This document shows positions 56,437 to 64,000 of a DNA stretch of 64,000 nt, piece after piece (positions within the stretch are counted from its first letter, which is position 1; each line of letters begins with the position of its first letter). The position numbers were made by a program, and so were the translations under genes. The notes beneath the pieces were generated by a model that made no database searches, was not told where the DNA came from, and worked only from the letters and a program-made list of their open reading frames with translations. The stretch spans positions 43,882-107,881 of the forward strand of contig CAYWAS010000001.1 in the NCBI GenBank assembly GCA_964455915.1, given 5' to 3'. Source of the DNA: an uncultured Oscillibacter sp. Its GTDB lineage: Bacteria; Bacillota; Clostridia; Oscillospirales; Oscillospiraceae.

Positions 56437-56889
56437 TTATTTTCCCGTGCTGCCGGCAAGGCGCGTCATGCTGACAAAGTCCTCTATGAAACGCTCCTCG
56501 CTCTTGGCCTCTTCCTTGTGGTAGGCCTCCAGCTTTTTCTCCCGCAGCTTTTCAATGGAAACGGATTCCTTCTTCGCCTCCACGACCTCGGCGCGCTTCG
56601 CCTCTTCCTTTCTGCGCAGCTCCTCCAGCGCCAGAGTCTCCCGCCGGATCTCGCGCTCCATGGCGCGAAAGCGGCTCTGATACATTCTCGCGTCGGTGAC
56701 CGCCAGACCGGTCTCCATCTTCTGCCGATACTCCTCGCTGCACCGACGGTATTCGCTCCGGCGCATTTCCAGTTCCTCCTCCTTCGCGCGCACACGAGCC
56801 AGGATCTCCCCGTGCTCGGCGAGCAACGCGTCAAGGACCTGCTGCTTATAGGAAAGAATGCTCTCCAGCGAGAATTTGAACCTTTTCAT
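56437..56889 (-). CDS. fliJ: Flagellar export protein FliJ
   Basis: MKRFKFSLESIL...EKLREKK...EERFIEDF. Confidence 0.92.
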   Translation of the reverse strand: MKRFKFSLESILSYKQQVLDALLAEHGEILARVRAKEEELEMRRSEYRRCSEEYRQKMETGLAVTDARMYQSRFRAMEREIRRETLALEELRRKEEAKRAEVVEAKKESVSIEKLREKKLEAYHKEEAKSEERFIEDFVSMTRLAGSTGK

Positions 56890-56904
56890 GCCCTCTACCC
56901 TTCG

Positions 56905-58221
56905 TTACCTCGAATGCTCCGGCTTCACGATCTCCCGCAGGAGCTCCACCGTCTCCTCGTAGGAAAAGGATTCGTTGATGCCCTGCTGCAAAAAGCCGTT
57001 CACTGCGTCGATCTTCGCGAGCGCATAGTCCAGCTTTTTATTGCTTCCCGGCTTGTAAGCGCCGATCGAGACCAGGTCGATGTTTTTTTCATAGATGCTC
57101 AGAATGTCGCGAAGCTGCGCGCTGAGCTGCCGATGCTCCGGCGGCACGATCTCGACCATCAAACGGGAGATGCTGCCGCTGACATCGATCGCGGGATAGT
57201 GGTTCGCGTTCGCCAACTGGCGCGAGAGGATAATATGCCCGTCGAGAATACCGCGCACGGTATCGGCGATGGGCTCGTTGGTGTCGTCTCCCTCAACCAG
57301 AACGGTGTAGACGCCGGTGATGGAGCCGTGCTCGAAGTTTCCGCTGCGCTCGAGCAGCTTGGGAAGCTCGGCATAGATGGACGGCGTGTAGCCGCGAGCC
57401 ACCGGCGGCTCGCCGATCGCCAGTCCGATCTCGCGCTGCGCCATGGCAAAACGGGTCAGCGAGTCCATCATCAGCAGGACATCATAGCCCTGATCGCGGA
57501 AGAATTCCGCGATGCCCGTTGCCACGCTGGGACACTTCATGCGCAGCATGGCGGGCTGATCCGAGGTCGCCACCACAAGGATCGAGCGGCGCATTCCCTC
57601 CTCGCCAAGATCCTTTTCCACAAACTCAAGCACCTCTCGGCCTCGTTCGCCCACGAGGGCGATGACATTGATGTCGGCCTTCACATTTTTTGCGATCATG
57701 CCCATCAATGTACTTTTTCCGACGCCGGAGCCGGCGAAGATGCCGATACGCTGTCCCTTTCCAATGGTGATCATGCCGTCGATCGCCTTCACGCCGAACT
57801 CCATGCGTTCACGGATCGGCGGGCGGCTGAGCGGATTGATATAGCCGCCGCCGATGCAGTAAGAGCTGCCCCCTTCAAAGGGACCCTTCCCGTCGATCGG
57901 CTGACCCAGCGCGTTGATGATCCTGCCGCGCAGGAATTCACCGACCTGCAATGTGAGCTGCCCGCCGGTGTTGCGGACGAAATTGCCCGCGGAGATGCCG
58001 TGCATCTCGGAATAAGGCATCAGCAGGATATGGTCGTTTTTGAATCCGACAACCTCCGCCGTCACCTGTGTACCTGTTTCGCTGTTGTAGATCCTGCAAA
58101 TGTCTCCCACGGCCGCATGACCGCCGGACGCTTCGATGGACATTCCGACAATGTTTTCGATTTTTCCGGTCAGGCTGTATGTTTCCGCGTTGCGTACCTG
58201 ACGAGTCAACTGCTCAAACAC
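56905..58221 (-). CDS. fliI: Flagellar export ATPase FliI
   Basis: GIFAGSGVGKST, ALVGERGREV, LMMDSLTRF; GTG start at 58221. Confidence 0.97.
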   Translation of the reverse strand: MFEQLTRQVRNAETYSLTGKIENIVGMSIEASGGHAAVGDICRIYNSETGTQVTAEVVGFKNDHILLMPYSEMHGISAGNFVRNTGGQLTLQVGEFLRGRIINALGQPIDGKGPFEGGSSYCIGGGYINPLSRPPIRERMEFGVKAIDGMITIGKGQRIGIFAGSGVGKSTLMGMIAKNVKADINVIALVGERGREVLEFVEKDLGEEGMRRSILVVATSDQPAMLRMKCPSVATGIAEFFRDQGYDVLLMMDSLTRFAMAQREIGLAIGEPPVARGYTPSIYAELPKLLERSGNFEHGSITGVYTVLVEGDDTNEPIADTVRGILDGHIILSRQLANANHYPAIDVSGSISRLMVEIVPPEHRQLSAQLRDILSIYEKNIDLVSIGAYKPGSNKKLDYALAKIDAVNGFLQQGINESFSYEETVELLREIVKPEHSR

Positions 58222-59074
58222 TGTCCAGACTCCTTCGGTTCTCTTTTCGTTCCACACCGGGCAGCGGGGTCTTGCTCACCATTGCCCGAATGTTCTTGAT
58301 CTGCGTGGACGCGCTCGCGTCGATGATCTCGTCCGGCATTTCGACGATGCAGGTCCCCGCCTCTTCGTCCGCGATCGGAATGATGCGGACGCGGTCGGAG
58401 AGCATATCGAGCGCCGCGGTCAGCGACGCGGGGATCGGCGTGAGGCGCTTGACATCGCACTCGGCAATGTAGATCTGCACCCACTCGCGGCGCTTGCGCT
58501 TGTCGATCGCCGACTGTATCATGCGCCCGATCACGCTGTCGCTGCTCTTCAGGCTGACGCACACGACCTTTTCCGCGACGGTGATCGCCAGATCGCGCAG
58601 CTCCTCCACATGCTCGTCGAGCAGCGTGTCGACGCGGCGCGAGGCAGCCTCCAGAAAGTCCTTCACCTCGTCCTCGAGCGCAAGGAGCTTCTCCTCCTGA
58701 TGGCTGAGACACTCCTGCATGGCGCGTTCCATGCCCTGTGCAGTCCCCTCGGCAAGCCCCTGGTCAAAGCCCTCCTGACGGGCCTTCTGCCGGATCTCCT
58801 CCGCCTGCCGCTCCGCCTCCTCGCGCGCGCTGCTCAGGATCGTCTCCGCCTCCTGTCTGGCGTCGCGCAGAATGCTCTCCGCCTGATATTGCGCAAAGCT
58901 GACCGGATTGGTAGGCACCTCTCTTACAGGCTCCTCCTCTGCCGGCATCGGGGCGTTTTCTCCATCGGCTTCGGAGGAGATCTTCTCCTCCTCGGGCGGT
59001 CGAAGCTCTTCCGCTTCGGGGAACTGATATAAGCTCGCAGCCGGCGAAGCGAAATATTTCAAAATGTTAGGCAA
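58214..59074 (-). CDS. fliH: Flagellar assembly protein FliH
   Basis: AxxxGxxxG repeats (ARQEGFDQGLAEG); LAITVAEKVV; GTCIVE..IDAS. Confidence 0.9.
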   Translation of the reverse strand: MPNILKYFASPAASLYQFPEAEELRPPEEEKISSEADGENAPMPAEEEPVREVPTNPVSFAQYQAESILRDARQEAETILSSAREEAERQAEEIRQKARQEGFDQGLAEGTAQGMERAMQECLSHQEEKLLALEDEVKDFLEAASRRVDTLLDEHVEELRDLAITVAEKVVCVSLKSSDSVIGRMIQSAIDKRKRREWVQIYIAECDVKRLTPIPASLTAALDMLSDRVRIIPIADEEAGTCIVEMPDEIIDASASTQIKNIRAMVSKTPLPGVERKENRRSLDSV

Positions 59075-60128
59075 TGATATCGTCCTTTCCGCCCTTGAGG
59101 ATCACGATCTCGCCCTTTTCCTCCAGATCGCGAATGATACCGACGATGCGCTGCTGCGCCTCCTCAACATCGCGCATACGCACATTGGTGGTGACTTCGA
59201 GATCGTCCTTGATGTTCTGCGCCATACGGGTCGACATATTGCTGAAGAGCTTGTTGGCGACCTCCTCGTTGGCGGCCTTGAGCGCGAGCACAAGATCGCG
59301 CACATCGCAGTCGCGCACGAAGCGCTGAACGGAGCGGTCGTCCATGGTGACGATGTCCTCGAATACGAACATTCTCTTGCGGATCTCATCGGACAGATCC
59401 TGATTGCGCTCACTGAGACCATCGAAGATGTTCTTCTCGCTGGTTCTGTCCAGATTGTTCATGATGTTCGCAACATAGTCGATGCCGCCGACCTTCACAT
59501 TGGCGCTGGTGACGATATTCGAGAACTTTTTGTTCATCTCCGCCTCGACGATCTTGATGGCGGCCGGAGACACGCTCTCGATCTTCGCGATGCTCTCCAC
59601 CACCTGGATCTGCTGGCTCACATCGAGCTGCGCGATCACGCCGGCGGCCTTGTCCGCGTCGATGTACGAGAGGACGAGCGCGATGGTCTGCGGGCGCTCC
59701 CCCTGCAGGGCGGAGTAGAGCGATTTGATGTCCGCCTTGTTCATGAACGCGAATTCGCGGTTTTTCAGGGATTTTGTGACCTTATTGAGCAGATCGTTCG
59801 CCGCCTGCTCGCCATAAGCCTTTTCCAGAACGGCGCGCGCGTATTCCAGCCCGCCCTCCGTGACCGCCTTATTGGTCATGCAGACCTGATGGAACTCGTT
59901 GAGGATCTCCTCTGTCTGCTCGGAGTCGATGTAGCCGAGCTTCGCCACCTCCACGGTCAGATGCTCGACATCTTCCGGCTCCATGTACTTATAGAGCTGC
60001 GAGGCTTTGTCGGCGCCCAGCGCCACGATGACCGCCGCAGCCTTCTGCGCGCTGTCCATCGGCACTCTCTTTTTCTTAGGAGCAGCCGCGGGCGCGGCAG
60101 CGGGAGCGGCTCCCGTTGTCTCAGCCAT
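59067..60128 (-). CDS. fliG: Motor switch protein FliG
   Basis: KAAAVIVALG, EGGLEYAR, MFVFEDI, VEEAQQRIV. Confidence 0.97.
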   Translation of the reverse strand: MAETTGAAPAAAPAAAPKKKRVPMDSAQKAAAVIVALGADKASQLYKYMEPEDVEHLTVEVAKLGYIDSEQTEEILNEFHQVCMTNKAVTEGGLEYARAVLEKAYGEQAANDLLNKVTKSLKNREFAFMNKADIKSLYSALQGERPQTIALVLSYIDADKAAGVIAQLDVSQQIQVVESIAKIESVSPAAIKIVEAEMNKKFSNIVTSANVKVGGIDYVANIMNNLDRTSEKNIFDGLSERNQDLSDEIRKRMFVFEDIVTMDDRSVQRFVRDCDVRDLVLALKAANEEVANKLFSNMSTRMAQNIKDDLEVTTNVRMRDVEEAQQRIVGIIRDLEEKGEIVILKGGKDDIIA

Positions 60129-61761
60129 TGTCCTCGCCTCCCCTCAGCCAGCCGCGGATCATCTGCGCCGCGATCTCGGGGTTATCGTCCGAGAACTGCC
60201 GGATATCCTTCCTGAGCTCCATGCTGCGTTCTGTCTGCAAACTCATAACATCTGCGCCGCTGGTAGCCGCTGCCGCTTCCCTCGCGACTCCGGCGGCTGC
60301 CAGGATCTCCTCCACCTCTCGCTGGCGGAGCAGATCATTCTTTGCCTTCTTGCGCTTTTTGCTGCGCGAGCGCAGGAGAAGGATCAGCACCACGAATACG
60401 AGCAGTCCTGCCGCAGCCGCGTAAATGACCCATTCCTCCACCGGCCACTGCGACGGCGTCGGAATGACCGTAGGCTCACGATAAAAGGGCTTCGCCACGA
60501 CCGAGATGCGGTCCGCCAGATACTCGATGCCCGAATCCTCGTCGATCACACCCTGAATGCCCGCGGCGCGGGCGACATGCTCGCGCACTTCCTGCGTGTT
60601 CACCGTGCCGGCGTCCGCATTGATGCTCACGGAAATGGAGCAGTCGGTCAGGTAGCCGGCGGTGTAGATCGCCACGGTCTCCTCATAGGGGTTATCGTAT
60701 TTGACGCTGCCCGAGCCGCCGAGCTCCTGCTCGGTGCCGTTGGGGTCCGACACATCCTCTACATACTCCGGAAGATCGGCGTTCGTCTCCGAGCCGACCA
60801 GTCCGCCGACCACATCGTCTTCCCCGCGAGTGACCCAGTAGTCATAGATCTTCTCGCCCTTGATGCCCTCGCCGTTGGTACTGCCGTCGGTGGCAAAGTC
60901 GGGCAGGAAGACATCGCGGGAGCTCACCGTGCGCTGGCTGACATCTACCGTGCAGCTCACAGCAACGCGGACATTATCGTCTCCGTAGAAAGGACGAAGC
61001 GCCTGCAGCACTTCGCTGCGAATGATGTTCGCCTGCTCCTCCTCGAGCTGGAACTTCAGCGCGGAGGCATCGGCGTCCGCCAGAGAATCACTCGCCCCGT
61101 AGCGGTTGCCCGCTGTGTCGGTGATGTCGACCTTGTCGATCGACAGACCCTGCACAGCATTGGCGATGTAGCGACGGATCGCCAGCGCCTGGTCGGACGA
61201 CAGGCGCGCGGTGCCCTGCATCTCAACGATGACCGCCGCCGAAGCGTCGATCGTGGAGCTCTTGTCCAGAACATAGCCGTTATCCTGTCCGAGACTGATG
61301 GTCACGGTGGCGTTTTTCACATTGTCGAAGCAGCGCACCACCGCGCTCATCTGATCCTGCAGATCGTGCAGGAAGGTCGTCTTCCGCTCCGATTCCGTGG
61401 ACAGCGAGCCGATATTGTTATAATAGGTGTCGTAAGAATAGGAAAAACCCGTCTGAGGATAGCCCTCCATCAGCAGGCGCGCTTTCAGCGAAGCCTCCTG
61501 ATTCTTGCGAACCAGGATCGTATCGTTGTTTTCGATCTTGTAATCCGCGACCCCCTGCCCCTCCAGATACGAGACAATCGATGTGAGCTCCGGAGAGCTC
61601 AGTCCCGTAAAGAGCACAGAGTAGGGACGGTTTGCCAGCGCGACAACAATGACCACGAGCGCGACCACGACCAGCGTTGCAACCGTTATGTAAACCTTTT
61701 TGGAAACCTTCTGCAACGCAGCCTTTACCTTCGTCAGCGCCGCTTTCATTTTTTCAGTCAA
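60121..61761 (-). CDS. fliF: MS-ring protein FliF
   Basis: Two TMs; YSVLFTGLS; C-terminal DNPEIAAQMIRGWL. Confidence 0.93.
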   Translation of the reverse strand: MTEKMKAALTKVKAALQKVSKKVYITVATLVVVALVVIVVALANRPYSVLFTGLSSPELTSIVSYLEGQGVADYKIENNDTILVRKNQEASLKARLLMEGYPQTGFSYSYDTYYNNIGSLSTESERKTTFLHDLQDQMSAVVRCFDNVKNATVTISLGQDNGYVLDKSSTIDASAAVIVEMQGTARLSSDQALAIRRYIANAVQGLSIDKVDITDTAGNRYGASDSLADADASALKFQLEEEQANIIRSEVLQALRPFYGDDNVRVAVSCTVDVSQRTVSSRDVFLPDFATDGSTNGEGIKGEKIYDYWVTRGEDDVVGGLVGSETNADLPEYVEDVSDPNGTEQELGGSGSVKYDNPYEETVAIYTAGYLTDCSISVSINADAGTVNTQEVREHVARAAGIQGVIDEDSGIEYLADRISVVAKPFYREPTVIPTPSQWPVEEWVIYAAAAGLLVFVVLILLLRSRSKKRKKAKNDLLRQREVEEILAAAGVAREAAAATSGADVMSLQTERSMELRKDIRQFSDDNPEIAAQMIRGWLRGGEDNG

Positions 61762-61816
61762 CTGTCCTCACCGCTTTTCCCTTGTGGATCGGGCCGCTTA
61801 TCAGGAAAAGACCCCC

Positions 61817-61864
61817 GTGCCCTCCGCTGTAGCGGAGGGCACAAAAGGGTCGACCCTTTTGTGC
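61817..61864. repeat. Two overlapping perfect inverted repeats in the fliE-fliF spacer
   Basis: GTGCCCTCCGCT-GT-AGCGGAGGGCAC (61817-61842) and the 26-bp palindrome GCACAAAAGGGTCGACCCTTTTGTGC (61839-61864). Confidence 0.9.
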
Positions 61865-61882
61865 GCCCGTTTTGCCCGTCTG

Positions 61883-62185
61883 TTACAGGCTGATGCGCGA
61901 GATCTCCTGATAGGCCTCCAGCGCACGATTCCTCAACTGCACCAAAAGCTCCACCGCGATCTGATTTTTTGTCGATGCGATCGTAAGGATCGCCGGATTA
62001 TCCAACTGGCCGGTCGCCAGCAGGTATTCCGCCTCCGTCTTTTCCGCGTCCGTCTGCCGCACGCTCTCGATCGCGGAGGCGAAAATGTCGCCGAAGATGC
62101 CCTGCTCCGTTTCCTGACCGGAGACTCTCTCGCTCAGATTTCCGCCGGCAGCGGAATACAGCTTTTCGATCGCCGTCGTTGTCAT
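61883..62185 (-). CDS. fliE: Basal-body protein FliE
   Basis: VELLVQLRNRALEAYQEISRISL C-terminus. Confidence 0.93.
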   Translation of the reverse strand: MTTTAIEKLYSAAGGNLSERVSGQETEQGIFGDIFASAIESVRQTDAEKTEAEYLLATGQLDNPAILTIASTKNQIAVELLVQLRNRALEAYQEISRISL

Positions 62186-62204
62186 ACGAGATCCCTCCTA
62201 TCCG

Positions 62205-62669
62205 TTATCTGCCGATCTCAAGTCCCTTTGCCACAACGGACTTGAGTGTGTTGAATGCCGTGACATTTGCGGAAAACGCCTGCGTTGCGGCCATGGCATC
62301 GGTCATCTCCTTGACCGTGTCCACATTGGGCATCTCCACATACCCTTCCTCGTCGGCGTCCGGGTGCGTGGGGTCGTACACCATTTTCATGGGCGACGGG
62401 TCGTCCACGATCTGCGTCACCTTCACGCCGCCGGCATTGGGATCGTCCCCGTTCGGAGCCAGACCGTTTGCCGCGCGCGCCATCGCCTGACGGAAATCGT
62501 TCCGTCCGGTCTCCGCCTGAAAGACGACCATCTTCCGGCGATACGCGCCATCGCCGCCCTCGGTGCGGGTGGTCGTGGCGTTCGTGATATTCTCGGCGAC
62601 CACATCGAGCCGAAGCTGCTGGGCGGTCAGACCCGACGCGACGATATTCATAGAACTAAAAAAAGCCAT
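62205..62669 (-). CDS. flgC: Rod protein FlgC
   Basis: ASGLTAQQLRLDVVAENITNA; YDPTHPDADEEGYVEMPNV. Confidence 0.97.
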   Translation of the reverse strand: MAFFSSMNIVASGLTAQQLRLDVVAENITNATTTRTEGGDGAYRRKMVVFQAETGRNDFRQAMARAANGLAPNGDDPNAGGVKVTQIVDDPSPMKMVYDPTHPDADEEGYVEMPNVDTVKEMTDAMAATQAFSANVTAFNTLKSVVAKGLEIGR

Positions 62670-62706
62670 GCTGTTTCCCCTCCATCAGTGCTCATTCCGC
62701 TGCCGC

Positions 62707-63093
62707 TCACTGTCCTCTGACAGCGGTCCGCAGGGTCGAAAGGTCCGAGTTGATCGCATTCATCACATACTGAAGCTGATAGGCGTTGCGTATCATTTCC
62801 ACACTCTGCTCCGTGACATTCACGCCGTTGTCGTCCATGCGGGTCGACTCGATGTGCTCCGTCACGGCGAATTCGGAGGTCTCCAGAACCTCCCGCACAG
62901 ACTGCTTCGGATTCGCCGATGCGCGCGCCTTCTCCAACCGGTCCTTCAGTCGTTCCTCAAAGGTCACGACCTTCGCTTTGTAATTCGGGGTCTCAGCATT
63001 GGCTATATTATCTAAAATAGCCGCCTGCTTTGTCCATAAAAAGCCCATGGCTTTTTCCAGCATAAACGAGGAATTATTCGTCAAAAAGTCCAT
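62707..63093 (-). CDS. flgB: Rod protein FlgB
   Basis: DNIANAETPNYKAK; RMDDNGVNV. Confidence 0.95.
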   Translation of the reverse strand: MDFLTNNSSFMLEKAMGFLWTKQAAILDNIANAETPNYKAKVVTFEERLKDRLEKARASANPKQSVREVLETSEFAVTEHIESTRMDDNGVNVTEQSVEMIRNAYQLQYVMNAINSDLSTLRTAVRGQ

Positions 63094-63224
63094 AATCCAC
63101 CTGTAAAAAACGCAAAATCTTCATCATTTACCCATCTTTCGCATCCATGCAGGCGACCATGTCTCAGACATTCCAAACGCCTATTTTTCAGACACAGCGC
63201 GGCGGCAGTTTTACCACGAAATAC

Positions 63225-63252
63225 ATTATACTGATTTTCGCTGAAAAAACAA
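63225..63252 (-). promoter_or_regulatory. Putative SigA promoter of the flgB (fla/che) operon
   Basis: TTGTTT-N16-TATAAT on the minus strand, about 130 bp upstream of flgB. Confidence 0.6.
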
Positions 63253-63535
63253 GAGCATCTTTCAATTTTTTGTCGAATTTGGAAATATCCCGTCGATTTT
63301 TGTTGACGGCGCACATTCAAATCGAAATTTCTCCGTGCGCATTCGTGCAGAACGGCAGTTTGCTCTTTTCCCGCCTGCGGCGTGAGCGGGGCGTGACGAG
63401 GCATCATTTTCCGCGCGATTTTCGGCGCGCGGACGCTTCGACCGAGCGCAAAAAGCGCGCCCTTTTCGCGCCCCTTCGTCCGGCATAGGTCAAGCCCGCG
63501 ATGAATAGAATATGCAGACCGCGGAGGTGAGCGCC

Positions 63536-63724
63536 ATGATCGTCCGACCCTTCACTTACACGAGCGAAGCGCACACCGTTGCCGGCAGACGATGCGGCAT
63601 CAGGATCGAAAACCTCTCCCCTGTCCTCTCCGATGAGGAGCGCGCGGAGCAGCGCAGGTGCATCGAGGCGGGGCTTTTTGAGGTCTTTGCCCGCTATGCA
63701 GACCGGCAGGAGGAGCAGCGCTGA
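63536..63724 (+). CDS. Small hypothetical protein upstream of the recombinase
   Basis: GGAGGT RBS before ATG 63536; 62 aa (…ENLSPVLSDEERAEQRRCIEAGLFEVFARY…). Confidence 0.6.
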   Translation: MIVRPFTYTSEAHTVAGRRCGIRIENLSPVLSDEERAEQRRCIEAGLFEVFARYADRQEEQR

Positions 63725-63790
63725 TCGCTGTCTGCCGCGACGCGCTACGCCTGTGGCAACTTTTTAGTTTTATAGGAAAGGAGGCGCGCT

Positions 63791-64000
63791 GTGAACGCGA
63801 TCTACGCAAGGCAGTCCGTTGACAGACCCGACAGCATTTCCATCGAAAGCCAGATCTCGTTCTGCGAATACGAGCTGCGGGGCGAAGCGTACAGGGTTTA
63901 CACCGATCGGGGTTACAGCGGGAAAAATACGGATCGCCCCGCCTTTGCGGAAATGATGAACGATATCGAAAACGGAATCATCAGCAAGGTGGTCGTCTAC
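63791..64000 (+). CDS. Serine recombinase (resolvase-type catalytic domain), truncated by the window end
   Basis: Manual translation from GTG 63791: MNAIYARQSVDRPDSISIESQ...YTDRGYSGKNTDRPAF, with the YxRxS nucleophile and D.G.SG...RP motif; AAAGGAGG RBS. Confidence 0.9.
   Translation, partial: MNAIYARQSVDRPDSISIESQISFCEYELRGEAYRVYTDRGYSGKNTDRPAFAEMMNDIENGIISKVVVY

Noticed and set aside
56404-56438. 16-bp palindrome GAGAGGATATCCTCTC between fliJ and fliK
   Set aside because: Single short palindrome with no second copy seen in the window; function cannot be argued.
63094-63511. Invertible flagellar switch or c-di-GMP riboswitch upstream of flgB (as in C. difficile)
   Set aside because: The only inverted repeat found by eye is 7 bp (AAGAGCA/TGCTCTT), and no GEMM-type GGCAAA...GAAA...GACGCAAA architecture was seen. 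An Infernal/Rfam scan would be decisive.
1-64000. CRISPR arrays, tRNA/rRNA genes, IS elements, flagellin glycosylation genes, additional flagellins
   Set aside because: None recognised: no regularly spaced repeats, transposase motifs or glycosyltransferase motifs, and only one flagellin ORF.

Overview
A near-complete flagellar/chemotaxis super-locus from a moderately GC-rich Firmicute. The gene set (fliY, cheC/cheD, cheV, fliW-csrA, flbD, TIGR02530-type gene) and the SLH surface protein point to Clostridia; an Oscillospiraceae-like host is inferred, not verified. From left to right: (i) a minus-strand unit with a FliK-like gene, a FlhB-C-terminal-like gene, a PilZ gene and a >1390-aa SLH protein that runs off the window edge; (ii) cheA-cheW-cheR-cheB-HU-flgMNKL-DUF6470-fliW-csrA-yjfB; (iii) an MCP converging on the single flagellin; (iv) a roughly 18-kb accessory block with a stand-alone Clp-D2-type AAA+ ATPase, a FapA/DUF342-cheX-cheY-FtsA-like-membrane protein operon, an MCP, an orphan FtsE paralog, a C39-like peptidase, fliD-fliS, an orphan ParA, a ComFB-domain protein and a degenerate EAL-HDOD protein; (v) the long flgB...fliA...cheV operon, which lacks fliL, flhF and flhG; (vi) the start of a serine recombinase. 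Best leads: a candidate ParA plus ComFB-domain (cyclic-dinucleotide-sensing) positioning module; a chemotaxis-linked actin-fold FtsA paralog with beta-grasp repeats; three tandem extra CheY-docking motifs in FliY; sigma28 promoters with a non-canonical -35 that coincide with a substituted region 4.2 in FliA; and a predicted Na+-type stator. No database searches were run; family calls rest on recognised motifs and gene order.
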